This document shows positions 8,057-18,808 of a DNA stretch of 64,000 nt, one piece after another. Each line of letters starts with the position of its first letter. The stretch's first letter is position 1. The notes beneath the pieces were generated by a model. It was given only the letters and a program-made list of their open reading frames with translations, ran no database searches and was not told the origin of the DNA. The DNA is taken from assembly GCA_943787795.1 (NCBI GenBank), contig CALSNU010000001.1, positions 896,001 through 960,000 on the forward strand. Direction: 5' to 3'. Both the position numbers and the translations under genes were made by a program. Source of the stretch: an uncultured bacterium. GTDB taxonomy: Bacteria > Planctomycetota > UBA1135 > GCA-002686595.

Positions 8057-10081
8057 TCAGTCCTGGATCAGCCTCGCGCCTGCCTTCATCGTCGCCCCAG
8101 CGCTCCGAGGGCCCCGCAAGTAGGGCCCGAGGGCGCCGTCCATCGGGAGGTAGAGGACGGTCTGCTCGTCCGGGACATGGCGCCGCAGCGGCTTGAACCC
8201 GTCGCCGGAGTACCGAGCGCCCCGGGAGAGGCGGACCTCATCGATGTCACCGTTCAGGGTCGAGGTGGCCGCGCCGTCCCCGAGGACGTCGCCGCCGACG
8301 ATGAAGGGCAGCTGATTGGCCGTCCGGGAGCCCTTGGCCGGGACGCGCCCGACGAGGATGCCGTCCAGGTAGGCCCTGACCTCCTCTCCGTCGAACACCC
8401 CGGCCACGTGGTGCCACGCCTCGGGCGTCATCAGCGTCTGCTCCGGGGCCTCGGCCTTGGCGTAGGCCCCGTCGAGGTGGACCGAGAAGCTCAGGCGGCC
8501 GCCGTTGGCGAACAGGCCGTACTCCGAGCTCTCGGTGCGGCACACGAGTCCCTGTCGCGCCGCGAAGGCCCTCGCTCGAACCCAGGCCTCGACGGTGAAG
8601 GGGCCGTTGGGCAGCGGGACCGCGGCCGCGCTCACCTCGGCGTGGGCTCTCCCGCTCAGCTGCAGGAAGCTCTCCTTGGAAGGGCGGGGCACCGGAGGGA
8701 GCGACGACACGTCGAGGGGCAGGGGGTGCTCGCGGACCGGGATGGCGAATCGCGCCGTGTCGGTGAGATAATCGAGGCCGACGGCAAGGGAGGGGGCTTG
8801 GAAGGCCGCGTCGATCGCCCCAGGCGTGTGCTCCAGCCGGAACTTCACGGTCCTTGTCCCGCGGGGCGTGAGGCGCCCATGGGCGTGATCCGGAGTGAAC
8901 CGCCAGCGTGGGTCCCCCGAGGTGAGGCGCAGCTCCATCTCCACCGGTCGTGTCACCGGGTTCTGGAGGGTCACCTCGACCTCTGTGCTCACGCTCCCGT
9001 CTGGCCTGATGAAGACCGGACCGCTGACCCTCGGGACCACCCTGGTGAGGCGGGGCGCCTCGGCGCTGACCTTGCCGGTGATCTCCCGGGGGTCCATCGC
9101 GGCGCCGACCGGGAGGGTCGCCCGCTCGATGCGGCCGGGGCGTACGGTGACCAGGTCGTAGCAGTGCAGGTACCCCGCCTCGGGGACCGACCCGCCCTGA
9201 TGGCCCCCAACGGTCGCGAGGGCGAAGTACTCGATCCCGTCCCGCGGGTCGTACCGCATCTTGTGGATGTGTCCGCCGAAGACGCCCTTCACGTTGCCGG
9301 CGGCCACCAGGCGCCGGTGGACCTTGTCCCAGTCGTCGCCGTACTTGCCGCCGATCCAGCGGGGGTGGTGGCAGAAGACGAAGACGTGCTCGGCCTCGGC
9401 GGTGACCTCGAGGGTCTCGTCCAGCCAGGCGAGCTGCTCGGGGCTCATGGTCTGACATTCGGCCTTGTTGAAGTTGCGCTCCCCGGTCTCCGGGTTCGCC
9501 TCGTCCGTGTACAGGACGATGAACCAGGCGCTCTTGTGCTTGAACGCGTACCAGAGCGGTCCGAAGTGCATCTCATATCTCCCCTCGTGCTCCTCGGCCG
9601 GGCGCGCCACGCCGGCCGGCGCGCGGAAGTAGATGTCGTGGTTGCCCGCCACGGGAAACCAGGGCGCACGCAGGCCCGACATCGCGTCGCGGAACTCTCT
9701 CATCTGAGTCATCCACGGCTCGGCCGTGTTGTAGCCCTGGATCAGATCCCCGACGGTCATCACCAGGTCCGGGCCGAGCAGGTTCGTCTCGTCCACGGCC
9801 GCCCGAAGGATCTCGACGCCCTCGTCCGGGCCGCCCGTGCGATCGCCGTAGACCACGAAGAAGAACGAGTCCGTCTCCTCGGGGAGCGGGAGGTCCACGG
9901 CGCTCCGGCGTGAGGTGATGAACCGGCCGGCGTCGATCTGGCGGGGGCGCTCGTGGCTCGACGCCTGCGGGTCGTCGTGGCACGGTCCCCGGGCAGGGGC
10001 ACGAGGCGGGGAAGGTGCGGCGGGGGCGAGCGCCGGTGGGCAGAGGGTGGCGCCGAGCAGGAGGCTGAGGGAGACGTACAT
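8057..10081 (-). CDS. Secreted calcineurin-like metallophosphoesterase with C-terminal LamG/ConA-like domain
   Basis: YGDRTG, VGDLIQG, AGNHD, HHP, GHIH motifs; LamG motifs FTVEAWV, WHHVAGVFDG, YLDG, GDIDEVRLS; TAGCAT box 7 nt before the ATG. Confidence 0.88.
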   Translation of the reverse strand: MYVSLSLLLGATLCPPALAPAAPSPPRAPARGPCHDDPQASSHERPRQIDAGRFITSRRSAVDLPLPEETDSFFFVVYGDRTGGPDEGVEILRAAVDETNLLGPDLVMTVGDLIQGYNTAEPWMTQMREFRDAMSGLRAPWFPVAGNHDIYFRAPAGVARPAEEHEGRYEMHFGPLWYAFKHKSAWFIVLYTDEANPETGERNFNKAECQTMSPEQLAWLDETLEVTAEAEHVFVFCHHPRWIGGKYGDDWDKVHRRLVAAGNVKGVFGGHIHKMRYDPRDGIEYFALATVGGHQGGSVPEAGYLHCYDLVTVRPGRIERATLPVGAAMDPREITGKVSAEAPRLTRVVPRVSGPVFIRPDGSVSTEVEVTLQNPVTRPVEMELRLTSGDPRWRFTPDHAHGRLTPRGTRTVKFRLEHTPGAIDAAFQAPSLAVGLDYLTDTARFAIPVREHPLPLDVSSLPPVPRPSKESFLQLSGRAHAEVSAAAVPLPNGPFTVEAWVRARAFAARQGLVCRTESSEYGLFANGGRLSFSVHLDGAYAKAEAPEQTLMTPEAWHHVAGVFDGEEVRAYLDGILVGRVPAKGSRTANQLPFIVGGDVLGDGAATSTLNGDIDEVRLSRGARYSGDGFKPLRRHVPDEQTVLYLPMDGALGPYLRGPRSAGATMKAGARLIQD

Positions 10082-10364
10082 GCTCCCGATGCTACAGCGC
10101 TCGCTGCGAGTGGCTGCGAGCCCATCCGCGAACCCAGCGGGCCTCCCGCCCGCCCGAATTCCCTCCGGGACTTGGGGCGCCCGGTGCTGCGGTGAGGGGG
10201 CCGGCGCCTCGGTAAGCCCCGGATCTTCACGGCGGGAGGCCAGCGGAACGCGGAGGTCGAGAGGCCCCTGGGGGGGCCTCGGGGCCGATCGCGACGAGGC
10301 GCGGAACTTTGAGGGCTCAGCCGGCGGTTGTTGGTCTACCGTCGGCTCGACGGTCCTGATCCCA

Positions 10365-11507
10365 GTGAGCACACCCCAAGCGAGCCAGCACTCCTCCCCG
10401 AGCGGGGCACCCGTCATCGTTCTCCGCGTGGGGGGGCTGCTCGCGCTGCTCTACATCTTCCTCGTCGCCATCAAGCTGCTCGAGGGCGGGATCAAGCTCG
10501 CCGGGGCCGGGGCGGCCGACGGGCTCTTCAACGGAGTGTCGAACCCGTTCGCTGGGCTCGCGGCGGGCATCCTGGCCACGGTGCTGGTGCAGTCGTCGTC
10601 GGTCACGACCTCGACGATCGTCGCGTTGGTCGGATCGGGAACCGTCAGCCTGGAGTCGGCGGTGCCCATGATCCTGGGCGCCAACGTCGGGACGACTATT
10701 ACCAACACGCTGGTGTCGCTCGGGAGCGTCGCGCGCCGTACGGAGTTCCGCCGCGCCTTCGCTGCCGCCACCGCTCATGACTTCTTCAACCTGCTCGCGG
10801 TGGCCGTCTTCCTGCCCATCGAGATCGCGACGGGGTTTCTGGCCAAGACCGCTACGCTGATCGCCGACAAGCTCCCGGTCGGTGAGGCTGGCGGCAAGCT
10901 GGATAGCCCGATCAAGGGCGCGGTGAAGGCGGGCGCGGGGGTCGTGAAGGACGGCTTTGAGTCCCTCGGTGCTGGGGGGGGGCTGCTCACCTTTCTGCTC
11001 CTGGTCGCGGGGCTCGGTCTGATCTTGATCTCCCTGACCACGATTACCCGCGTGATGCGCAGGGTGATGGCCGGTCGAGCGGAGCAAGCGCTCAACGCTG
11101 CGGTCCGCAAGTCCGGGCTGCTGGCCGTGGCTGCGGGGGCGTTGATCACCATCTCGGTGCAGTCCTCGAGCATCACGACCTCGCTGCTGGTCCCCCTCTG
11201 CGGGAGCGGGGTGCTCTCGCTGGAGAACGCCTTCCCGCTCATGCTCGGGGCGAACATCGGGACGACGATCACGGCTTTCCTTGCCTCCCTGGCCACGGAT
11301 CTGGAGGGGCTGAAGATCGCGCTCGTGCACATGATCTTCAACACGCTCTCGGTTTCCATGGTCCTCCCGTTCGCGGCCGTGCGTCGGATCCCTATCAATA
11401 TGGCGCGCGGGCTCGCCATCGCCGCGGTCCGCAGCAAGCTCTACGTCATCGGCTACGTCGTCGTGACCTTCATCTTCATCCCGCTGGTCGGGATCCTCCT
11501 CTTCTGA
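10365..11507 (+). CDS. nptA: Na+/phosphate cotransporter (NptA/SLC34 family)
   Basis: Two QSSS signature repeats (VQSSSVTTS, VQSSSITTS), each followed by LGAN(V/I)GTT. GTG start at 10365 is inferred. Confidence 0.88.
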   Translation: MSTPQASQHSSPSGAPVIVLRVGGLLALLYIFLVAIKLLEGGIKLAGAGAADGLFNGVSNPFAGLAAGILATVLVQSSSVTTSTIVALVGSGTVSLESAVPMILGANVGTTITNTLVSLGSVARRTEFRRAFAAATAHDFFNLLAVAVFLPIEIATGFLAKTATLIADKLPVGEAGGKLDSPIKGAVKAGAGVVKDGFESLGAGGGLLTFLLLVAGLGLILISLTTITRVMRRVMAGRAEQALNAAVRKSGLLAVAAGALITISVQSSSITTSLLVPLCGSGVLSLENAFPLMLGANIGTTITAFLASLATDLEGLKIALVHMIFNTLSVSMVLPFAAVRRIPINMARGLAIAAVRSKLYVIGYVVVTFIFIPLVGILLF

Positions 11508-11556
11508 TCGCCGGTCGCGATCCGTCATCGAACCCGTTTCCCTCCGGAGACCCCCA

Positions 11557-12228
11557 ATGTTTCACTGGCTCACGCGAATCCAAGAGAGCACCGATAGCGC
11601 CGACGAGATCATGCGCTACTTCGGGCAAATGCTCGAGGATGGGCGGCACGTCTTCGACCTCGCCGCGGGCGCGCTCCTCGGCGGGACGGACGTGGAGTCG
11701 ATCCGCGAGGACGTCTGGGGGACCGACAAGCGGATCAACAGCAACGAGCGACGCATCCGTCGACGGATCCTGACGCACCTCACGGCTTACGGCGCGGAGG
11801 GCGTCGGCGGCCACCTCGCGATGATGAGTATCGTCCGCGACGCGGAGCGGATCGGTGACTACGCCAAGAACCTCTTCGACCTCGGCGCGCTCGGGGGCGA
11901 GGTGCCCCCGGAATTCCGCGAGGACCTGATCGACCTGCGGGACAGGGTCTCTCGGATGCTCGCAAAGGCGCGCAACATCTACGAGACAGAGGACGAGGTC
12001 TCGGCCCGGGCCTTCGGGCTGGACGCCGACGCGGTGTGCCGCCGCTGCGATGAGCAGATCGCGGCCATCATCTCAAGCGATGGCCCCGGCGGCGCCGCCG
12101 CGACAGGCGCGCTCGCTTACCGGTACCTGAAGCGGGTGACGGCTCACTCCGCCAACGTCGTCACCAGCGTCCTGGTCCCCGTGGACCAGCTCGGATACTG
12201 GGACGAGGACGAGGGCGACGAGTCCTGA
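11557..12228 (+). CDS. PhoU-domain protein
   Basis: DKRINSNERRIRR, DAERIGDYAKN, YLKRVTAHSANV; directly downstream of nptA. Confidence 0.85.
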   Translation: MFHWLTRIQESTDSADEIMRYFGQMLEDGRHVFDLAAGALLGGTDVESIREDVWGTDKRINSNERRIRRRILTHLTAYGAEGVGGHLAMMSIVRDAERIGDYAKNLFDLGALGGEVPPEFREDLIDLRDRVSRMLAKARNIYETEDEVSARAFGLDADAVCRRCDEQIAAIISSDGPGGAAATGALAYRYLKRVTAHSANVVTSVLVPVDQLGYWDEDEGDES

Positions 12229-12238
12229 GCTCGCCCGA

Positions 12239-12333
12239 GGGTGTTGGCCCCCGTGCCGGGTGTAGGCCCAGCGCCGGGGTGTAGGCCCAGCGCCGGGAGT
12301 TAGGCCCAGCGCTCGGGTATAGACTCAGCGCCG
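12239..12333. repeat. 19-bp degenerate tandem repeat x5
   Basis: Consensus gggtgtaggcccagcgccg, head-to-tail with no spacers, between convergent genes. Confidence 0.85.
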
Positions 12334-12377
12334 GGGCGGCAGCTTCGAGCGTGGTCGTCTGGCGAGGGGCTGCCCGC

Positions 12378-13966
<1,589 letters not shown>

Positions 13967-14068
13967 GCTTGAGTCGGCGTCGGAGAGCCCCTGGCAGGGG
14001 GGCGCGCCCCCCGGTCCGCTCGCGAGGGGCGGTTGATCGGCTCCCTCCCGGGCGACTACCATACGAGC

Positions 14069-14359
14069 ATGCGGCCCCGCTCGTGCACCCCTCTGACCGT
14101 CCTCCTGCTGGCGATCATCGCCCTCATCGCAGGGCCGGTATCCGGGGTAGGCGGCCTGGGCTCCTTCGAGGAAGAGTCCGAGCGCGTGGAGGAGGTCTCC
14201 ACCGAGGAGCTGGCGGTCGTACGCAGCGACCTGAAGCGAGTCCGCCGGCGGGTGTGGGTGAGCGAGATCGCCCCCCACGTTGACCGCACGGTCCGACGTC
14301 GCACCTGGGTCCGAATCCCCCGGGCGCCGGGGCGATTCCTCCCTCCCCTGCAGTGTTAG
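14069..14359 (+). CDS. Small (96 aa) signal-peptide protein upstream of sulP, possible regulatory leader peptide
   Basis: TACCAT box 6 nt before the ATG; hydrophobic N-terminus, acidic middle, Arg-rich C-terminus ending [15 protein letters not shown]. Confidence 0.55.
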   Translation: MRPRSCTPLTVLLLAIIALIAGPVSGVGGLGSFEEESERVEEVSTEELAVVRSDLKRVRRRVWVSEIAPHVDRTVRRRTWVRIPRAPGRFLPPLQC

Positions 14360-14585
14360 CGGTCCGCGGCCCGTGCCGCGCCCCCCGCACTCCCTAGCCC
14401 CCTCTGCCGCACATCGAGCCCCATTGCCGGGCGATATGGCGCGTCGGGTGAGAGCCGAGTCGGGCTGGAGCGGCTGCGCCCGTCTGGCCAGGGCCGCTTT
14501 GCGGCCCCGCCTTGTCCTGCAAGTCTAGCGATCCAAAGTCGGGTCGTCGTCACGCTCCGCGTCGCACCTCTCCCAGCCACCGTTC

Positions 14586-16343
14586 ATGTCCAATCAGCCT
14601 CGTTTCTTCTCCAACCTCCGCGGAGACCTCTTCGGAGGGCTCACCGCAGGTGTCGTCGCGCTCCCCCTCGCCCTGGCCTTCGGCGAGCAGAGTGGTCTGG
14701 GGGCCTCCGCCGGCCTCTATGGCGCGGCCTTCATCGGCTTCTTCGCGGCCCTGCTGGGCGGCACCGCCACCCAGATCAGCGGGCCGACCGCGCCCATGAC
14801 GGTCCTGTCGGCCGCCATTGTCACCACGATCGTGACGGCCAACGGGGGCAGCGTGGACGACGCCCTGCCCTTGATCCTGTTCGTCTTCCTCCTGGCCGGC
14901 GCTTTCCAGATCGGCCTCGGGTTGATGAAGGCCGGGAGCGTGATCCGGTTCATTCCGCGGACCGTCGTCTCCGGTTTCATGACGGGGATCGGCGTGATCA
15001 TCCTGATCACTCAGGTCCTGCCAGCCGTGGGCTACGTGGCCGCGAATGACGCGGACGCGGTCGAAGCGCAGATGATCCTTGCCGAGGAGTCGCTCCTGCA
15101 CAAGGCGCTGGAGGCCGCCAGCATGGAGGACGCCCTCGAGATCGAGGATCTCATGAGCTTCAACCTCGAGGCCCAGGGGATCGATGCCGACGACATCAGG
15201 GAAGAGGCGCAGGTGCTGGCTCGGAACGACGCCAAGGGCGTCCTCGGGACCCTGCGGAGCCTGCCCCACGCCATTGATGGGGTGAACTTCCTCGAGCTGG
15301 CCCTGGCCCTGGTGACCATCCTCATCATCTTCGGATTCAAGCGAATCACCACCGTGATCCCCTCGGCCCTCGTGGCTCTGGTGGGGGTCACCGGCGTCTC
15401 CCTCGCCATGGGGCTGGACTATCGGCCCATCACGAAGATCGAGAGCGGGCTCCCCTCCCCGCAGTTTGGCCTCTTCGGCTCCATCGGAGACGTGGCGCCG
15501 TACATCTTCACGGCCTTCCTGCTCAGCTTGCTGGGCGGGATCGACTCCCTGTTGACCTCGGTCGTCGCGGACAACCTGACCAAGACCAAGCACCAGCCCA
15601 ACAAGGAGCTGATTGGCCAGGGCATCGGTAACGGGATCGCGGCGCTCTTTGGAGGCTTGCCGGGAGCGGGCGCGACGATCCGGACCGTGGTCAACATCCA
15701 GGCAGGGGGCCGCACTCGGCTCTCGGGCATGATTGCCGGCGCGCTCCTGTTCCTGACCCTGCTGGCCCTCGGCCCCATCGCGTCCAAGATCCCCACAGCG
15801 GTGCTGAGCGGGATCCTGATCACGGTCGGGATCGGAGTCATGGACTACCGCGGGCTCCGCGAGCTGAAGGTCATGCCGTGGCCCGACCGCATCGTGCTGC
15901 TCACCGTGCTCCTGCTCACCGTCTTCTGGCAACTGGTCTACGCGGTCGCCGTGGGACTGGTCCTCGCTGCGCTGCTCTTCATGCGCTCGATGTCCCGCTG
16001 GTCTGCAGGTGGATTCGAGGTGGTCAAGGCCGAGAATGAAGGCGACGGCATGGAGGGGGACCGCTACGTCAAGCACGTCCGTGGTCCGCTCTTCTTCGGG
16101 AACGTCGCCGAGTTCGGAGACCTGCGGGCCTCCATTCCAGCGGACGCTCGGAAGGTCGAGATCGACCTGACCGAGGTGCCCTTCTTCGACCAATCAGGGG
16201 TGTACGCCCTCGAAGAGGCGGTGCTGGACCTCTCCATCGACGGACGCGAGGTCAGCATTCTCGGCCTCGACGGCAGGCAGCGTTCGCAGCTGGAGGCGGT
16301 CCGCTTCATCCCCAACGTGGTCCCCGCAGAGCGGGTCAGCTGA
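14586..16343 (+). CDS. SulP/SLC26 anion transporter (BicA-like) with STAS domain
   Basis: GDLFGGLTAGVVALPLALAFG, GGTATQISGPTAPM, NKELIGQGIGN, GATIRTVVN; STAS-like GPLFFGN...DQSGVYAL. Confidence 0.92.
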   Translation: MSNQPRFFSNLRGDLFGGLTAGVVALPLALAFGEQSGLGASAGLYGAAFIGFFAALLGGTATQISGPTAPMTVLSAAIVTTIVTANGGSVDDALPLILFVFLLAGAFQIGLGLMKAGSVIRFIPRTVVSGFMTGIGVIILITQVLPAVGYVAANDADAVEAQMILAEESLLHKALEAASMEDALEIEDLMSFNLEAQGIDADDIREEAQVLARNDAKGVLGTLRSLPHAIDGVNFLELALALVTILIIFGFKRITTVIPSALVALVGVTGVSLAMGLDYRPITKIESGLPSPQFGLFGSIGDVAPYIFTAFLLSLLGGIDSLLTSVVADNLTKTKHQPNKELIGQGIGNGIAALFGGLPGAGATIRTVVNIQAGGRTRLSGMIAGALLFLTLLALGPIASKIPTAVLSGILITVGIGVMDYRGLRELKVMPWPDRIVLLTVLLLTVFWQLVYAVAVGLVLAALLFMRSMSRWSAGGFEVVKAENEGDGMEGDRYVKHVRGPLFFGNVAEFGDLRASIPADARKVEIDLTEVPFFDQSGVYALEEAVLDLSIDGREVSILGLDGRQRSQLEAVRFIPNVVPAERVS

Positions 16344-16354
16344 CCGCTGCCCCG

Positions 16355-16390
16355 GGAGGGGGGGGCGCCGGTGGCGGCGCCCCCCCCTCC
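16355..16390. terminator. Perfect 16-bp GC hairpin, probable terminator
   Basis: ggaggggggggcgccg-gtgg-cggcgcccccccctcc just after the sulP stop, between convergent genes. Confidence 0.75.
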
Positions 16391-16544
16391 GGTCCGGGCG
16401 CGCTCGGGGAAGGCATCGACCGCACGGGGCCGTCCCGGTGCAGCTCCTCCGCCGCCCCTCCCGAGTCATGGCCCCTCCGTCGCTGACCAGCTGTCGCTGG
16501 CACCTCGCCAACGCTCAGGGACCTGACCTCTCAGCCGAGGCCGT

Positions 16545-17144
16545 TCAGCGGGCGGGGGTGAGCTGGACTCCAGAGAAGAACCTCTCGGCAGCCGCGCCGC
16601 CGCCCACGGGCTCTGAAGAGGGGCGTCGGGTGGAGTAGAGCAGCACCACGGACTGACCGAGGTCCTCCGGGTGGAGGAGCCAGCAGCCGCGGTTCTCCAC
16701 CCGTAGCGTCCGCCCTTTCGCGGCCGGGAAGCCTCGGTCCAGGAAGGTCTCAATGTACTCGACGCAGTAGTCCCCGTGGCGTCGCGTGAGGCGCGCGCTG
16801 CAGGTGACGTCCTCGGCGCGTTCCGGGTCTCTGCCCTTGGAGAGAACGCGCTCGACGTGGCGCAGGAAGCCCGTCGGGGAGCCGAAGGTGGACCCCGACG
16901 ATCCGCTCGAGGCCGAGGCGATGGTCGAGACTGCCTCGTCGGAAAAGCGCCGCGCGAAGACGGCGCCCTGGGAGTCCTCGGCGACCACGTACCAGTTCGT
17001 GCCCTGGGGGGGGAGGACCGTGAGCCCCTCCAGCGCCAGCGGGGAGGTCGGGTCGGTGACCGGCTGGGACCAGCGCGAGGCGCTGCACGAGCACAGGGTC
17101 AGGAGCGTGGCGCCGGCGAGCAGCGCGAGGGAGCGGAGCTTCAT
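16545..17144 (-). CDS. Hypothetical lipoprotein
   Basis: MKLRSLALLAGATLLTLCSC lipobox-like signal; TAGGGT box 7 nt before the ATG. Confidence 0.7.
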   Translation of the reverse strand: MKLRSLALLAGATLLTLCSCSASRWSQPVTDPTSPLALEGLTVLPPQGTNWYVVAEDSQGAVFARRFSDEAVSTIASASSGSSGSTFGSPTGFLRHVERVLSKGRDPERAEDVTCSARLTRRHGDYCVEYIETFLDRGFPAAKGRTLRVENRGCWLLHPEDLGQSVVLLYSTRRPSSEPVGGGAAAERFFSGVQLTPAR

Positions 17145-17162
17145 GGCCGACACCCTAGCACG

Positions 17163-17272
17163 GCGAGGTGCGCGGACGAGGTGCGCGGACGAGGTACGCG
17201 GACGAGGTACGCGGACGAGGTACGCGGACGAGGTACGCGGACGAGGTACGCGGACGAGGTACGCGGACGAGG
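17163..17272. repeat. 13-bp tandem repeat, ~8 near-identical copies
   Basis: cgcggacgaggt(a/g): 7 full units 17171-17261 plus partial flanking units. Confidence 0.95.
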
Positions 17273-17301
17273 CGCCGTCGCCGCCAGCGCGCAGCTCTCG
17301 C

Positions 17302-18618
17302 TCAGGCGGCGTCGAAGCGGAGCTCGCCGCCGCGGGCCCGAACGACGACGCCCTTGTCGCGATCGTGGCCGGAGAGGAGCACGTCGGAGAGGCGCGGCTC
17401 GATCTCTCTCTGGATGACGCGTCGCAGCTCGCGGGCGCCGCACTCCGGGCGGAAGCCGCGGCCAGCCACCCAGCGGGCGACGGCCGGGGTGAAGCGGACG
17501 TGCATGCCTCGCTCGGCTCCGCGGCCGGCCAGCTCGGTCAGCTTCTTCTGCGCCACGCGCTCGACGGTTTGACGAGAGAGCTCATCGAACACGACGATAT
17601 CGCCGATCCTCCCGAGGAACTCGGGGGAGAAGGTGCGGGCGAGGGCGTCCTCGGTGATGACCTCGAGGGCGGCGCGTCCGATGGTCGGAGCGCCACCGAA
17701 GCCGACCGCTCGCGTCGCGGAGGTGACCTCCTCCGCGCCGCAGTTGGAGGTCATGACCACGATGGTCCGCTCGAAGGAGACCCGGCGCCCCTTGCTGTCG
17801 GTCAGCGCGCCCTCCTCCATGATCTGGAGCATCAGGTTGTGCAGCTTGGGGTGGGCCTTCTCAACCTCGTCGAAGAGGACGACGCACTCGGGCTCTGCCG
17901 CGACCGCGTCGGTCAGCTGGCCTCCATCGTCGTGGCCCACGTAGCCGGGAGGCGAGCCGATGAGCTTCGAGTACTCGTGGGCGAGAGCGAACTCGGAGCA
18001 GTCAATGCGGACGAGGCCCTTGCTCTCTCCCCTGGCGAAGAGGTGATGCGCCATGCGGCGGGCCAGCTCGGTCTTGCCCGTGCCGGTCCTCCCCGGGAAC
18101 AGGAAGGAGGCGAGGGGGCGACCGGCTTCCCCGAGCCCGGCGGCGCAGGCCCGGACGGCGCGGGCCACGCTCTCGATGGCGCGATCCTGGCCCAGGACGT
18201 CCTTCTTGAGGTCTCTGGCGAGCGTCCCGGCGGCCCCGCGGAGGTGGCTGAGCAGGGCCTCCCGCTCGGCCTGGCCCTCATCCGCGCTGGCGGTCTGGGG
18301 CTTGGCTGTGGAGCTTGCGTCCACGGTCAGGCGCACCTCGTGGATGTCCATCCCCGGGTTGACCTCCACACACAGCTGGTAGAGCAGGTCCTCGACCATC
18401 AGGGGGTCGTCGGGGAAGAGGCGTTCGAGGCGGCCCTCGAGGTCCCCCCGGAACTCTGGCATGCACGCCTCGATGACCATCTTCCGGTACCCCGCGCGCC
18501 CCAGCCCGGGCCGGTCACGCAGGGTCAGGGCTCCCTCTTCCAGCGCCAGGATCTGCACGAAGCAGTCGGCGAGGTCGAAGTAGCGATAGAAGCTACGTTC
18601 GGGAGCGGTGCTGGACAC
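17302..18618 (-). CDS. Clp/Hsp100-family ATPase with only the second AAA+ module (D2) and an unrecognised N-terminal domain
   Basis: VLGQDRAI, Walker A GRTGTGKT, RIDCSEF, KLIGSPPGYVG, Walker B VLFDEVEKAH, MTSN, VGF loop, PEFLGRI, GARELRR. GTG start is inferred. Confidence 0.88.
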   Translation of the reverse strand: MSSTAPERSFYRYFDLADCFVQILALEEGALTLRDRPGLGRAGYRKMVIEACMPEFRGDLEGRLERLFPDDPLMVEDLLYQLCVEVNPGMDIHEVRLTVDASSTAKPQTASADEGQAEREALLSHLRGAAGTLARDLKKDVLGQDRAIESVARAVRACAAGLGEAGRPLASFLFPGRTGTGKTELARRMAHHLFARGESKGLVRIDCSEFALAHEYSKLIGSPPGYVGHDDGGQLTDAVAAEPECVVLFDEVEKAHPKLHNLMLQIMEEGALTDSKGRRVSFERTIVVMTSNCGAEEVTSATRAVGFGGAPTIGRAALEVITEDALARTFSPEFLGRIGDIVVFDELSRQTVERVAQKKLTELAGRGAERGMHVRFTPAVARWVAGRGFRPECGARELRRVIQREIEPRLSDVLLSGHDRDKGVVVRARGGELRFDAA

Positions 18619-18794
18619 GATCAGGAGGCTTGGCAGGGGAGGCAGGTGGCGCGGCAAGCCGCGCACCCACTAGTTCGTCGATCGGCGGCGTCGATCTTGA
18701 CGCAACACGCTCCCAAGCCCGATCTGGCGCACCACTTTGGCCTGTTCTCGTCCGGAAGCGGGACGCGCAGCGTGTCCGCGCGCCGAGCGGGGCC

Positions 18795-18800
18795 TAGAAT
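18795..18800 (+). promoter_or_regulatory. Putative -10 box (TAGAAT) for the kinase operon
   Basis: Near-consensus TANAAT 8 nt upstream of ATG 18809; no SD. Confidence 0.6.
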
Positions 18801-18808
18801 CGCCACAG

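Noticed and set aside
14360..14585. Known riboswitch upstream of sulP (fluoride, guanidine, c-di-AMP)
   Set aside because: Hairpins exist but I could not match the conserved cores of those aptamers by eye; Infernal would be decisive.
17163..17272. Possible CRISPR array (also considered for 12239, 22329, 43718, 46297)
   Set aside because: Units are 13-19 bp, head-to-tail with no unique spacers, and there are no cas genes in the window.
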